Source: Gaiellaceae bacterium
GTDB lineage: Bacteria; Actinomycetota; Thermoleophilia; Gaiellales; Gaiellaceae
Reading direction: 5' to 3'
NCBI GenBank assembly: GCA_035532455.1
Contig: DATKRA010000081.1
Coordinates: forward strand, 2,805 to 66,804
DNA: 64,000 nucleotides
A program made the translations under genes and the position numbers. Positions 50,993 through 61,043 of the stretch are shown piece after piece (positions within the stretch are counted from its first letter, which is position 1; each line of letters starts with the position of its first letter). The notes beneath the pieces are model-generated. The model was not told the origin of the DNA, did no database searches, and saw only the letters and a program-made list of their open reading frames with translations.

Positions 50993-52045
50993 CTAGTAGA
51001 CGGTGATGGTCACGGTGCGGCGGCCCCACTTGGCGCACTGCGCGTACGTCGAGTACCAGAGGTCGATGATCTTGCCCTTGATCCCGCCGCCAATGTCGGC
51101 AGCGATTCCCTTTCCGTAGCCGGGGATGTAGAGCCGTGTGCCGAGCGGGATGACGGTCGGGTCGACAGCGACGATGCCGGGCCCTACCGGCAGGCCGCTC
51201 GCCGTGGTCCCCTTGAGGATGTAACACGTCGCGCTCACGGTCATCTTCCGGCCGCCCTTGGGCGGCGGCTGGGGTGGGGTGTGGCCGTGCCCGACCTTCC
51301 GCGACTTCTCGGCCGCGGACTGCGCGCTCGACAGCAGTCCTGCCGTCTCGGCTGCGCCCGCGCCGGCGCGGAGGGAGGCGACGTACGACGACTTGCTCGC
51401 GGCCGTGCTCGCGAGGCTTTGCTCGGTCGCGCGTGCGGAGGCGATCGAGCGCGCCAGTCGCTTCGCGTCGCCGGTGAGCGTTCGCCGCGCGCGGAAGAGC
51501 CGGCGCTCGGCGGCGCGCGTCATGGCGACGACCCGCGTGCTCTCGGCGGCGCTCAGCTTGAGGTCATCGAGGGCCCGCAGGCCGCTCCTGAGGGAGGTGG
51601 AACCGAACACGACGGCGAGCGGATCGACCTGCCCCTGTTCGTAGAGCGTCCGGAGTTGGAAAGCCAGCTGTCGCTGCGAGGTCGCGAGCGTGGCGCGGGC
51701 CGCACGCAGCTCCGAATGCAGCGCCCTGCGTTCTCGCCGGAGCTTTGCGGCCTCGGCCGCGAGGTATGCGGCGCGGGCCTGCGATGCCTGGAGGCGGCTG
51801 TCGAGCGCGTAGAGCTCGAGCAGCGCCTGGTGCGCGCGGGTACCGCGGCTCGCGGCGGGCGCGGCCGGGTCGGCCGTCTGCGAGGCGAGCGCCGACGACG
51901 CTGCGACGAGCCCGAGGGCGAGCGCGAGGCCCGCGAGGCGGGCCGTCCGTGATCTGTTTCGCCGTGCCACGACCGCGGGGACCGTAACCGAATTCGAACC
52001 TTGTGCGGACCCTTGTCGCCGGTCTGTGAAACGCTTTTGTGCCAA
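50993..52045 (-). CDS. Secreted coiled-coil protein with a C-terminal 3D (DPBB, MltA/RpfB-like) domain
   Basis: C-terminus VSATCYILKGTTASGLPVGPGIVAVDPTVIPLGTRLYIPGYGKGIAADIGGGIKGKIIDLW is a 3D domain. The N-terminal ~230 aa are helical heptad-like. Signal peptide ARLAGLALALGLVAASSALA. The start is either TTG 52045 or GTG 51970. Confidence 0.8.
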   Translation of the reverse strand: MAQKRFTDRRQGSAQGSNSVTVPAVVARRNRSRTARLAGLALALGLVAASSALASQTADPAAPAASRGTRAHQALLELYALDSRLQASQARAAYLAAEAAKLRRERRALHSELRAARATLATSQRQLAFQLRTLYEQGQVDPLAVVFGSTSLRSGLRALDDLKLSAAESTRVVAMTRAAERRLFRARRTLTGDAKRLARSIASARATEQSLASTAASKSSYVASLRAGAGAAETAGLLSSAQSAAEKSRKVGHGHTPPQPPPKGGRKMTVSATCYILKGTTASGLPVGPGIVAVDPTVIPLGTRLYIPGYGKGIAADIGGGIKGKIIDLWYSTYAQCAKWGRRTVTITVY

Positions 52046-52164
52046 ATTGCAGCGATTTCCGGATCGGTTGTCCGTACAGACGTCCGCCGGGGCTGTTATT
52101 GTCCTGAGCTTGTGACGGTCCGGAGGACGTCATCCGCACGCTGAAGCGGCAGGTAGCGGCCTCA

Positions 52165-53208
52165 GTGCTGCTAGCAGGTCTGCTGTGCGTCGCAGTCGCG
52201 GCGGCGTACGCGGCACCCCCGATCTCGGCGAAGCAGGCCGAGGCGCAGCGCGTTCTCGCGCAGCTCCAGCAGCTCGACTCGGCCGCGCAGGTCGCGAACA
52301 GCCGCTACCAGCTCGCCACCACGAAGCTGCAGCTCCTCCAGCGGCAACTCTCCGAGAACAAGCAGGCGCTCGGCGTCGCGCGCGACAACCTCGGTGCCGC
52401 GCAGACGGCATTGGCGCAGCGGCTCGTCGCGACCTACACGTCGCAGGACAGCCAATCGTCCCTCGCCGTCATCCTCGGAGCGAAGAGCCTCGACGACCTC
52501 GTCAACCGGCTGGACACCCTCAACGCGGTCACGAAGCAGAACTCGTCGCTCGTCATGCAGGTCACGTCGTATGAGCGCTCGATCGTCCACCACCGGCAGC
52601 TCTTGCACCGGGCGAGACGCTCGGTCGGCCGCCTCGTCCGGGAGCGCATGGCCGCGAAGCACGCGATCGATGTGAAGCTCGCCGCGGAGCAGCGCCTCTA
52701 CAACTCCGTCCGCTCCGAGATTGCGCAGCTGGAGGCGACGCAGCGCGCCAACGAGCTTGCGTCGATTCGACAGGCCAAAACGGCGGCGTTCGTGCAGCAG
52801 ACGCAGTCGGAGCTCGGCGGCGGGGTCATCGGGAATCTCCCACCCGAGCGCTACAGCGGAGCCGTCGGCATCGCGATGCAGTACCTCGGCGTGCCGTACG
52901 TCTGGGGTGGCGCGAGCCCGAGCGGCTTCGACTGCTCGGGGCTCGTGATGTACGTCTACGAGCAGCTCGGTGTCCAGCTGCCGCACTACACCGTGTCGCA
53001 GTACGACTACCCGAACTCGGTCTACGTCCCGCGGTCGCAGCTCCAGCCGGGAGACCTCGTCTTCTTCGCCGGGCTCGGCCACGTCGGGATCTACATCGGC
53101 AACAACGAGTTCATCCACGCGCCGCACACGGGCGCCGTCGTGAGCATCGACAGCCTCACCGGCTGGTACTCGTCCGAGTACTACGGCGCGAAGCGCATCC
53201 TGGGCTAA
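52165..53208 (+). CDS. Secreted coiled-coil NlpC/P60 peptidoglycan endopeptidase (RipA/CwlO-like architecture)
   Basis: GTG start with a signal-like LLAGLLCVAVAAAYA. Long coiled coil. C-terminal GVPYVWGGASPSGFDCSGLVMYVY...GDLVFFAGLGHVGIYIGNNEFIHAP (Cys/His catalytic pair). Confidence 0.9.
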   Translation: MLLAGLLCVAVAAAYAAPPISAKQAEAQRVLAQLQQLDSAAQVANSRYQLATTKLQLLQRQLSENKQALGVARDNLGAAQTALAQRLVATYTSQDSQSSLAVILGAKSLDDLVNRLDTLNAVTKQNSSLVMQVTSYERSIVHHRQLLHRARRSVGRLVRERMAAKHAIDVKLAAEQRLYNSVRSEIAQLEATQRANELASIRQAKTAAFVQQTQSELGGGVIGNLPPERYSGAVGIAMQYLGVPYVWGGASPSGFDCSGLVMYVYEQLGVQLPHYTVSQYDYPNSVYVPRSQLQPGDLVFFAGLGHVGIYIGNNEFIHAPHTGAVVSIDSLTGWYSSEYYGAKRILG

Positions 53209-54893
53209 CTCGCGTACAGCTGCTCGATCTCGGCGGCGAAGTGGTCGTGGATCACCCGGCGCCGCAGCTTGAGCGTGGGGGTGACCTCGCCCTCCTCCAG
53301 TGAGAACTCGCGCGGAACGATCGCGAACTTCTTGATCTGCTCGACGCGCACGCGGTCGCGGTTGACCTCGTCGACGACCTGCTGCGCGAGCTCCTGCGGA
53401 GCGCGCCCGCTCGAGGCGACCTCCACCTCGTCGAGGGTCAGGAGCGCGGTGACGTACGGCCGCCGGTCCCCGACGACGATCGCCTGCGAGATGAAACGCG
53501 ACGACTTGAGCGCGTTCTCGAGGTTCTGCGGTGCGATGTTCTTGCCGCCCGCGGTGATGATCAGATCCTTCTTGCGGTCGGTGATCTTGAGGAAGCCGTC
53601 CGCGTCGATCTCGCCGACATCGCCGGTGCGGAACCAGCCGTCGGCGCTGAGCACGGCTGCCGTGGCCTCGGGATCCTTGTAGTAGCCGGCGAAGATCGAG
53701 TCGCTGCGGATGAGGATCTCGCCGTCGGCGTCGAGCTTGATCTCGCAGTCGTCGACCGGCCGTCCGACGGTGCCGATCCGGAAGTCGGCCGGGTCGTTCG
53801 CGGTCGCCGAGCTCGCGGTCTCGGTCAGGCCGTAGCCCTCGATCACCGGCACGCCCATCGCGTGGAAGAACTCCATCACGTCGACCGACAGCGGCGCCGC
53901 TCCGGAGACACCGAGGCGGAGCTTGCCGCCCAGCCGGGCGCGCACTTTCGCGAAGACGAGCTTGTCGGCGAGCGTGTGCTGCAGGGCGAGCCAGGGCCAC
54001 GGCTTTCCGCCCCTGCGCTCGACGCGGCTCACGCGTCCGCCGACGGAGACCGCCCAGAGCCCGATCGTCCGCCGGAGCCCTCCCGCCCGCTCGATCTCGC
54101 CGAGCGCGTTCGCGTGGATCTTCTCGTAGACGCGCGGCACGGCGGGGAGGACGGCCGGCTGCACCGCCACGAGCGCCTCGGGCACGTGCGCGACGTCCGC
54201 GACCGTGGCGATCGTCGCGCTGTGATAGCTCGCCGCCTGGTGGGCGAGGCGCGCGTAGCTGTGCGCCATCGGGAGGAAGAGGAGCACGACGTCACCGGGC
54301 TGCTCGAGCGTGTCGCGCACGTTCGTCGCCGCCGTGACGAGGTTCTTGTGCGTGAGCATGCACCCCTTCGGCGGGCCGGTAGTTCCCGATGTGTAGATGA
54401 GCGTCGCGAGGTCGCTCTCGGAGACCGGATCCGGGTGGAGGTGCTTCGACGCGCGGCCCTCGGCTTCGAGCTTGTCGAGCAGGTCGAACGGGACGATCTC
54501 GCGCAACGCCGGCAGCGAGCCGCGGACGGAGACCAGCTTGCGCGCCTGCTCGTCGTTCTCCGCCAAGGCGAGCACGGTTTCGGAGTGCTCGAGCACGTAC
54601 GCGCACTCCTTCGCCGAGCTCGTCGGATAGAGCCCGACGACGACGGCGCCGATCGACATGATCGCCCAGTCGAGCAGGATCCAGTCGACCGACGTCCGGG
54701 AGAGCACCGCGACCGAGTCGCCGTGGCGCACACCGTGCGCGAGCAGCCCGCGCGCGAGCGCGTCGATCCGTTCCGTCGCTTCGTCCCAGGACACGGGACT
54801 CCAGCCCTCCGGCCCCTCCTCGAGGTACGCGGGCGTGGGCGGCGCGTTGCGGACAGCTTCGCGCCAGAGCTCGGGCGCGGTGCGCCTCTCCAT
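53205..54893 (-). CDS. fadD: Long-chain fatty-acid-CoA ligase (AMP-dependent synthetase)
   Basis: AMP-binding motif LIYTSGTTGPPKGCMLTHKN, plus GYGLTET and TGDVGEIDADGFLKITDRKKDLI. Confidence 0.9.
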   Translation of the reverse strand: MERRTAPELWREAVRNAPPTPAYLEEGPEGWSPVSWDEATERIDALARGLLAHGVRHGDSVAVLSRTSVDWILLDWAIMSIGAVVVGLYPTSSAKECAYVLEHSETVLALAENDEQARKLVSVRGSLPALREIVPFDLLDKLEAEGRASKHLHPDPVSESDLATLIYTSGTTGPPKGCMLTHKNLVTAATNVRDTLEQPGDVVLLFLPMAHSYARLAHQAASYHSATIATVADVAHVPEALVAVQPAVLPAVPRVYEKIHANALGEIERAGGLRRTIGLWAVSVGGRVSRVERRGGKPWPWLALQHTLADKLVFAKVRARLGGKLRLGVSGAAPLSVDVMEFFHAMGVPVIEGYGLTETASSATANDPADFRIGTVGRPVDDCEIKLDADGEILIRSDSIFAGYYKDPEATAAVLSADGWFRTGDVGEIDADGFLKITDRKKDLIITAGGKNIAPQNLENALKSSRFISQAIVVGDRRPYVTALLTLDEVEVASSGRAPQELAQQVVDEVNRDRVRVEQIKKFAIVPREFSLEEGEVTPTLKLRRRVIHDHFAAEIEQLYAS

Positions 54894-54947
54894 GTGTCAA
54901 TCGTAAACCGGAGGAGAAAAGCCGTACGACTAGAATTCGCCTTTCCC

Positions 54948-55811
54948 ATGCGGACGATCTGGAACGGATCCATCAGCTTCGGCCTGGTCAACATTCCCGT
55001 TGGCCTCGCGCTCGCGACTCAGCGACAGGACGTGTCGTTCCGCACCCTCCATCGCGAGTGCGGCACGCCGATCAAGCAGAAGCGCTGGTGCCCGGTTCAC
55101 GAGCGCGAAGTGGAAGCCGACGAGCTCGTCAAGGGCTGGGAGTTCGCGAAGGGCCAGTACGTCCTCGTCGAGGAGTCCGACCTCGAAGCCGTCGCGCTGA
55201 CGCGGTCGCAGTCGATCGCGATCCTCCGCTTCGTGCGTCTCCAGGACGTCGATCCCGTCTTCTTCGATCGGAGCTACTACCTCGCGCCCGCCGACGCCGA
55301 CGCGCAGCGCAAGCCGTACGTCCTGCTGCTGCGCGCGATGGAGGAGTCGGGCATGGCTGCGGTCGGGAAGTTCGTGCTCTGGGGCAAGGAGAACCTCTGC
55401 CTCATCCGCGCGCAGGACGGCGCGCTCGTGCTCGAGACGCTCTTCTTCGCCGAGGATGTCCGCTCGAAGCAGGAGATCGAGGACGTCGTCGGCACGACCG
55501 AGGTTGCCGAGGCCGAGCTGCAGCTCGCCGGGCAGGTCATCTCGAGCCTCGCGGGCGAGTGGACGCCGGAGGATTTCGCGAACGACTATCGCGAGGAGCT
55601 CAAGCAGATGCTCGAGGCGAAGCTCGCCGGCCGCGAGGTCGTCGCGCCGGAGCCGGTCACCGAGACGCCGGTGATCGACCTGATGGAGGCGCTCCGCCAG
55701 AGCGTCGCCGACGCGCAGGGGCGTCGCGCCGCGAAGGACTCCGAGAACGGAAGAGCCGCCCAAAAGAGCGGCTCCCGTTCGCGCAAGACGCCGGCGCGCA
55801 AGAGCGCGTAG
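54948..55811 (+). CDS. ku: Non-homologous end-joining protein Ku
   Basis: Internal ATG at 54948 of ORF 53862..55811. MRTIWNGSISFGLVNIPVGLALATQRQDVSFRTLH...YYLAPAD...; basic C-terminal tail (SGSRSRKTPARKSA). Confidence 0.93.
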   Translation: MRTIWNGSISFGLVNIPVGLALATQRQDVSFRTLHRECGTPIKQKRWCPVHEREVEADELVKGWEFAKGQYVLVEESDLEAVALTRSQSIAILRFVRLQDVDPVFFDRSYYLAPADADAQRKPYVLLLRAMEESGMAAVGKFVLWGKENLCLIRAQDGALVLETLFFAEDVRSKQEIEDVVGTTEVAEAELQLAGQVISSLAGEWTPEDFANDYREELKQMLEAKLAGREVVAPEPVTETPVIDLMEALRQSVADAQGRRAAKDSENGRAAQKSGSRSRKTPARKSA

Positions 55812-55850
55812 CGCCAAAGGCGCTCAAACCTGCAGAGCATCGAATTCTTC

Positions 55851-56021
55851 CTACGCGGCGTGCGCCTGCGAGGCAGTCGCCTGCAGCTGCGCCTGGAACA
55901 GGTACTTGTCGATCTTCCCCTGGTAAATCGGCACGCCCTCTTCGACGCAGACCCGAATCACTTCCTGCCGGTCGAGTCCGAGCTCCTGCGACAGTTCTTC
56001 CGGCGTGAGGTGGTTCGCCAT
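55851..56021 (-). CDS. Small (56 aa) putative helix-turn-helix protein (excisionase/MerR-like)
   Basis: ATG at 56021 lies 7 nt after GGAGGGAG. MANHLTPEELSQELGLDRQEVIRVCVEEGVPIYQGKIDKYLF... has a typical HTH spacing. The family assignment is tentative. Confidence 0.5.
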   Translation of the reverse strand: MANHLTPEELSQELGLDRQEVIRVCVEEGVPIYQGKIDKYLFQAQLQATASQAHAA

Positions 56022-56043
56022 GTAGCAACTCCCTCCTGGAACG

Positions 56044-56074
56044 AAAAAACCCGCTGCGCACACTGCGCTGCGGG
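56044..56074 (-). terminator. Canonical intrinsic-terminator-like hairpin plus U6 on the minus strand, located in the 5' leader of the small HTH gene
   Basis: Minus-strand RNA: CCCGCAGCGCA-GUG-UGCGCAGCGGG (11-bp stem, one mismatch) followed by UUUUUU (plus-strand A44-A49). It lies 22 nt upstream of the ATG at 56021. Confidence 0.5.
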
Positions 56075-56138
56075 TTAGCTCGTACCCTCGGTTGTAGGGA
56101 CTGCAGGCCTCACTCGGCCTGCTCCATCAAAACATCCA

Positions 56139-57011
56139 TTGACCAAAGGATATGCCCCTGTGATGACGGAGCGCAAACAACGTCTTTACGAATTTGATGA
56201 GCGTGAGCTCGTCGTGGACGGCGCGCGGCTTCGTTATGCGGTTGCGGGTGACGGTCCGCCTCTCGTGCTCGTGCACGGGCTCGGCGGGACGATCGAGAAC
56301 TGGCGCGGGCTCGCTCCGGCGCTCGCGCGGCGTCACCGGGTCATCGTCCCCGACCTGCCGGGGCACGGGCACTCTGCGCCGCTGCCGGAGGCCGCGCACC
56401 TCGACGACTTCTCCGACGCGGTTTGCGCGATGGCCGAGGCGGAGGGGATCGACAGCGCCGTGTGGATCGGCCACTCGCTCGGCGGCACGGTCGCGCTGCG
56501 CGCTGCGGTGCGGAGGCCCGATGCAGTGCGCGGCGTCGTCCTGGCGGCTGCGGCGGGAATCGGCTCGTCGACGCGCCTCGGCAGGGTGACCGTGACGCTC
56601 ATGGGGCTTGCCCAGCCCGGCAAGGCGATCGCTCCGTTCCGCCACGGGTTGGCCGGCTCGCGCCTGGGACGCCGCCTCGCGTTCGACTGGTGGGGAGTGG
56701 GGGACGCGGCCGCGCTCGAGCCCGAGCTCGCCGAGGGCTTCTTGGAGGGGCCTGCGCACCACACGAAGACCCGCCAGGCGGGACGCGCGCTTCTAGCCAC
56801 CGATCCACTCGACGGGCTGGACCGGATCGCGTGCCCGGTGCTCTGCCTCTGGGGCGCGAGCGACAAGTGGGTGAAGCTCGACGACGGGATCGAGTACGCG
56901 CGCCGCCTCGGCGCTCCGCTGCGGACGATCGCCGGGTGCGGCCATCTCCTGATCGGCGAGCGCCCTGAGATCTGCCTCGCGGCGATCGAGGAGTTCGTCG
57001 CGCCTCTCTAG
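56139..57011 (+). CDS. Alpha/beta-fold hydrolase
   Basis: LVLVHGLGGT, nucleophile elbow IGHSLGG, C-terminal GCGHLL. The start is ambiguous (TTG 56139, GTG 56160 or ATG 56163). Confidence 0.85.
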   Translation: MTKGYAPVMTERKQRLYEFDERELVVDGARLRYAVAGDGPPLVLVHGLGGTIENWRGLAPALARRHRVIVPDLPGHGHSAPLPEAAHLDDFSDAVCAMAEAEGIDSAVWIGHSLGGTVALRAAVRRPDAVRGVVLAAAAGIGSSTRLGRVTVTLMGLAQPGKAIAPFRHGLAGSRLGRRLAFDWWGVGDAAALEPELAEGFLEGPAHHTKTRQAGRALLATDPLDGLDRIACPVLCLWGASDKWVKLDDGIEYARRLGAPLRTIAGCGHLLIGERPEICLAAIEEFVAPL

Positions 57012-57373
57012 CCGGCCACCGGCGCCTCGAATGGGATCACTTCGCCGCCCGGGTTCTCGTCGTCCGCACGCGATCCGCCGCCGAGGAACTCGACCCGTCG
57101 CGCGACGACCTCGATCGCCGTCCGCCGCTTGCCTTCTTCTTCCCACGAGCGCGACTTCAACCAGCCGTCGACGGCGACGCGCCGTCCCTTGCCGAGGTAT
57201 TCCGCACAGAGCTCCGCCTGGCGGTCCCACGCGCAGACGTTGACGAAATCCGCGCCGCCGTCGCGGCTCGCGCGGTCGACGGCGAGGAGGAAGCTCGCGA
57301 CTTTCTTGTCCGGGCCGACCTCGCGCAACTCGACGTCGGTCGCGAGGTTTCCGATCAGCGTGACGATGTTCAT
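57008..57373 (-). CDS. ssb: Single-stranded DNA-binding protein paralog (short, 121 aa)
   Basis: MNIVTLIGNLATDVELREVGPDKKVASFLLAVDR...FVNVCAWDRQAELCAEYLGKGRRVAVDGWLKSRSWE (OB fold). The short tail DDENPGGEVIPFEAPVAG carries IPF, but not at the extreme C-terminus. A GTG at 57382 is an alternative start. Confidence 0.85.
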   Translation of the reverse strand: MNIVTLIGNLATDVELREVGPDKKVASFLLAVDRASRDGGADFVNVCAWDRQAELCAEYLGKGRRVAVDGWLKSRSWEEEGKRRTAIEVVARRVEFLGGGSRADDENPGGEVIPFEAPVAG

Positions 57374-57441
57374 GCAGGGCACCGTAGACGGCGATTCGTG
57401 ACAACGGGATCAAAGGTTCGTGCCGGTAGAGTGGCGCCGCG

Positions 57442-58494
<1,053 letters not shown>

Positions 58495-58496
58495 TC

Positions 58497-58524
58497 GCGA
58501 GCGAGTCCTTCGGACTCGCTCGCG
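58497..58524 (+). terminator. 12-bp stem with a UUCG tetraloop directly after mreB
   Basis: GCGAGCGAGTCC-TTCG-GGACTCGCTCGC, beginning 3 nt after the mreB stop. No U-tract. Confidence 0.55.
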
Positions 58525-58559
58525 GGATTGAGGAACTACGGCGCGGAAGAGCGCGGTCT

Positions 58560-59020
58560 TCCGCGCCTTCGTGCCGAGACTTCGTTACCCCCCGCGGCGG
58601 GCGCCTGCGGCGACCGTGGCATGGTGAGCCGGCAGTTGTCTACGAGGACGACGTGCTCTACATCATCATGGCTCCCGCCGCGCTTGGCGGAGCCGACGGC
58701 CATGTTCTCGTCCTCCCAAGAAGACATGTGGAGACTGTTCTGGACCTGCGGGCTGATGAAGCGGGCGTCCTCGGACAGGCTGTCTCGCGGATCGCTCCGG
58801 CTGTAGCGGACGAGTTCGATCCGGCTTCGATCCTTGTCCAACAGAGCACAACGGCAAGGGAGCCTTCCAGACCGTCCCCCACGTCCACTTCCACGTCATA
58901 CCTAAGGCACCCGACGCGCCGTTCCCACCCGAGGAAGACGTGCCGATCATCCCGAGTGACAAGCGGCAGGTTCTGGCACAGCGGCTAGGTCGTGCGTGGG
59001 AGCGTGCGGCCTGGAACTAG
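58560..59020 (+). pseudogene. HIT (histidine triad) family hydrolase gene disrupted by at least one frameshift (or an assembly error); the start is not identifiable
   Basis: The frame of ORF 58398.. reads ...HGEPAVVYEDDVLYIIMAPAALGGADGHVLVLPRRHVETVLDL...DEFDPASILVQQS. The -1 frame continues NGKGAFQTVPHVHFHVIPKAPD...RAAWN* (stop 59018-59020) and holds the HxHxHxx triad. The junction is near 58845-58850. No in-frame ATG/GTG/TTG lies between the mreB stop and the conserved block. Confidence 0.55.
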
Positions 59021-59088
59021 CCGCGTTCGCGATGGGCTCCCGCGCGCTCCGCAGGCGCCGCGGTTCTCGATCCGGCTAGCCTCGCGGG

Positions 59089-60027
59089 ATGGAGATCGAG
59101 GAGATCGACGCTCGCACGGCGCCCGACGAGGTGCTCGTGCGCTTCCACGAGCTCGAGCTCGTCTGCCACGAGGAGCTGCAGTCCGGCGAGCCGTGGCGCA
59201 CGCGCGACGAAGGGATCGCGTTCCACCGCTTTCTGCCGACGACCACCACGATCGGGCACTGGCTCGCCGACGGCGGCTGCGCCGTGCTCTGGATGCACAC
59301 TCCGACGGCGACGTTCTGCGAGGTGCTCGTCCACCCCGAGCGGCGGCGGCAGGGGCTCGGAACCGCCCTGCTCGCGCGGGTCGTCGAGCGGTGCCGCGGG
59401 CTCGGCGTCGAGACGCTCCGCGGCGACCACAAGTCGGCGGCCGGAGCCGCGTTCGCGGCGCGTGTAGGCGCCGTGGACGAGCAGCGGGTCGTGCGTTCCT
59501 TTCTCGATCTTCCAGCAGCCGAGCTGCCGGAGCCGCGGCTTCCCGACGGATTCCGGCTCGTCAACTGGCTCGGCCGCGTCCCGGACGAGCACATCGAGGC
59601 CTACGCCCGCGCGCGCGTGGCGATGGACGACGCGCCGGCGCCCGAGGGGATGGACTTCCCGGCCTGGGACGCCGAGAAGATCCGCGCGTCCGAGGAGTCG
59701 CTCGTGCGACGCGGCCGCGAGATGCGCCTGACCGTTGCGATGGACGACGCCGGCGAGATCGGTGCGTTCACGGAACTCCGCCATTCGGCCGGCTCGGTGC
59801 TCGGGTTCACCGACGACGCGGGGACGGTCGCCGCGCACCGAGGCAAGGGGCTCGCTCGCGCGGTGAAGGTCGAGTCGCTGCGCCGCCTCCGCGACGACCA
59901 TCCGGAGATCGAAGTCGTCACCACGAGGAACGCGGAGGAGAACGGCGCGATGCGACACCTGAACGAGTCGATCGGCTTCCGACCGACAGTCGTCGAGACG
60001 ACGGCGGCCCTCGCGGTCGGTTCTTAG
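59089..60027 (+). CDS. Tandem-domain GNAT N-acetyltransferase (MshD/Eis-like architecture)
   Basis: Two acetyl-CoA-binding-like motifs (VHPERRRQGLGTALLARV and VAAHRGKGLARAVKVESL) separated by a LPEPRLPDGF linker. 312 aa. Confidence 0.8.
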   Translation: MEIEEIDARTAPDEVLVRFHELELVCHEELQSGEPWRTRDEGIAFHRFLPTTTTIGHWLADGGCAVLWMHTPTATFCEVLVHPERRRQGLGTALLARVVERCRGLGVETLRGDHKSAAGAAFAARVGAVDEQRVVRSFLDLPAAELPEPRLPDGFRLVNWLGRVPDEHIEAYARARVAMDDAPAPEGMDFPAWDAEKIRASEESLVRRGREMRLTVAMDDAGEIGAFTELRHSAGSVLGFTDDAGTVAAHRGKGLARAVKVESLRRLRDDHPEIEVVTTRNAEENGAMRHLNESIGFRPTVVETTAALAVGS

Positions 60028-60079
60028 AACTCGTCTCAAACTGAAGCACGGGCCGTCTGGCCGCTCCGAGACGAGTTCT
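60026..60079 (+). terminator. 12-bp inverted repeat with a 30-nt loop after the GNAT gene
   Basis: AGAACTCGTCTC (60026-60037) pairs with GAGACGAGTTCT (60068-60079). The loop contains GGCC-GTCT-GGCC. TTCTTAG occurs as a direct repeat on both flanks. Confidence 0.35.
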
Positions 60080-60104
60080 TAGCCAGCCGCGGTACCCTAG
60101 GGCG

Positions 60105-61043
60105 GTGGCTACCCGCGGTCGTAGCGCGCGCTCGGCGGCGCTCGCCCAGTCCGTCCAGCGTTCGAAGCCGACTCCGTACCCCTCGAAGGTCCGCAGCGCG
60201 CTCGTTCGCCGCGCGGTTCTCGTCGCGCTCGTGCTCGTCTCGCTGACGCTCCTCACGATCTCGTTCCGCTCGCCGACGTCCGGCGCGCTCCACGACATCC
60301 AGGGCGTGGGCTCGTCGGTGCTCCGGCCGTTCCAGATCGCGGCCTCGCGCGTGGCGCAGCCCTTCCGCGATGCGTACGACTACTTCGACGGCCTCGCGAA
60401 GGCAAAGTCCGAGAACGCGAAGCTCAGGCGGGAGGTTCAATACCTACGGAGCCAGCAGCTGATCAGCCTCGCGAAGGCGCAGCAAGAGGAACAGCTCGCC
60501 AAGCTCCTCCGCTACCAGGAGGGGCCGACGTTTCCGAAGGGCTACCGAGCGGTGACGGCGCAGGTGATCTCGGCCTCGGCGAACCCGTTCGCCCGCAAGC
60601 TCGTGATCGCCGCGGGCTCGTCGGCGGGGATCCGGCAGGACGCGCCCGTCGTGAGCGCCGACGGCCTCGTCGGGATCGTGTCCAACGTCTTTCCCGACAC
60701 GGCCGTCGTGACGCTGCTCAGCGATTCGCAGACCGTCGTGCCCGCGGTCGACCTTCGGACGAACGCCCGCGGCACCGTTCATCCGAGCAGCGCCGGGCAG
60801 CTGATCCTCGACTACGTCTCCAAGCAGCTTCCCGTCCACGTGGGTGACGAGCTCGTGACGCTCGGGACGATCGACCCGCGCTACCCGGATCTCTACCCGC
60901 ACGGGATCGCGATCGGCCGGGTCACCTATGCCCACGCGACGGATACGTCATCGTTCCTCCAGGTCGAGCTGCAGCCCTTCGCGAATCTCGGCTCGCTCCA
61001 GGCCGTCTCCGTCCTCGTTGCGACGAAGAAGCACCACCCGTGA
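60105..61043 (+). CDS. mreC: Rod shape-determining protein MreC
   Basis: GTG start, TM helix (AVLVALVLVSLTLLTI), coiled coil (ENAKLRREVQYLRSQ) and beta-rich C-domains (APVVSADGLVGIVSNV...GDELVTLG). Synteny with mreD. Confidence 0.9.
   Translation: MATRGRSARSAALAQSVQRSKPTPYPSKVRSALVRRAVLVALVLVSLTLLTISFRSPTSGALHDIQGVGSSVLRPFQIAASRVAQPFRDAYDYFDGLAKAKSENAKLRREVQYLRSQQLISLAKAQQEEQLAKLLRYQEGPTFPKGYRAVTAQVISASANPFARKLVIAAGSSAGIRQDAPVVSADGLVGIVSNVFPDTAVVTLLSDSQTVVPAVDLRTNARGTVHPSSAGQLILDYVSKQLPVHVGDELVTLGTIDPRYPDLYPHGIAIGRVTYAHATDTSSFLQVELQPFANLGSLQAVSVLVATKKHHP

Noticed and set aside
58528-58806. 92-aa ORF (TTG 58528) as a genuine gene downstream of mreB
   Set aside because: Its translation has no recognisable features. 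It is out of frame relative to the clearly HIT-like residues encoded in the same DNA.
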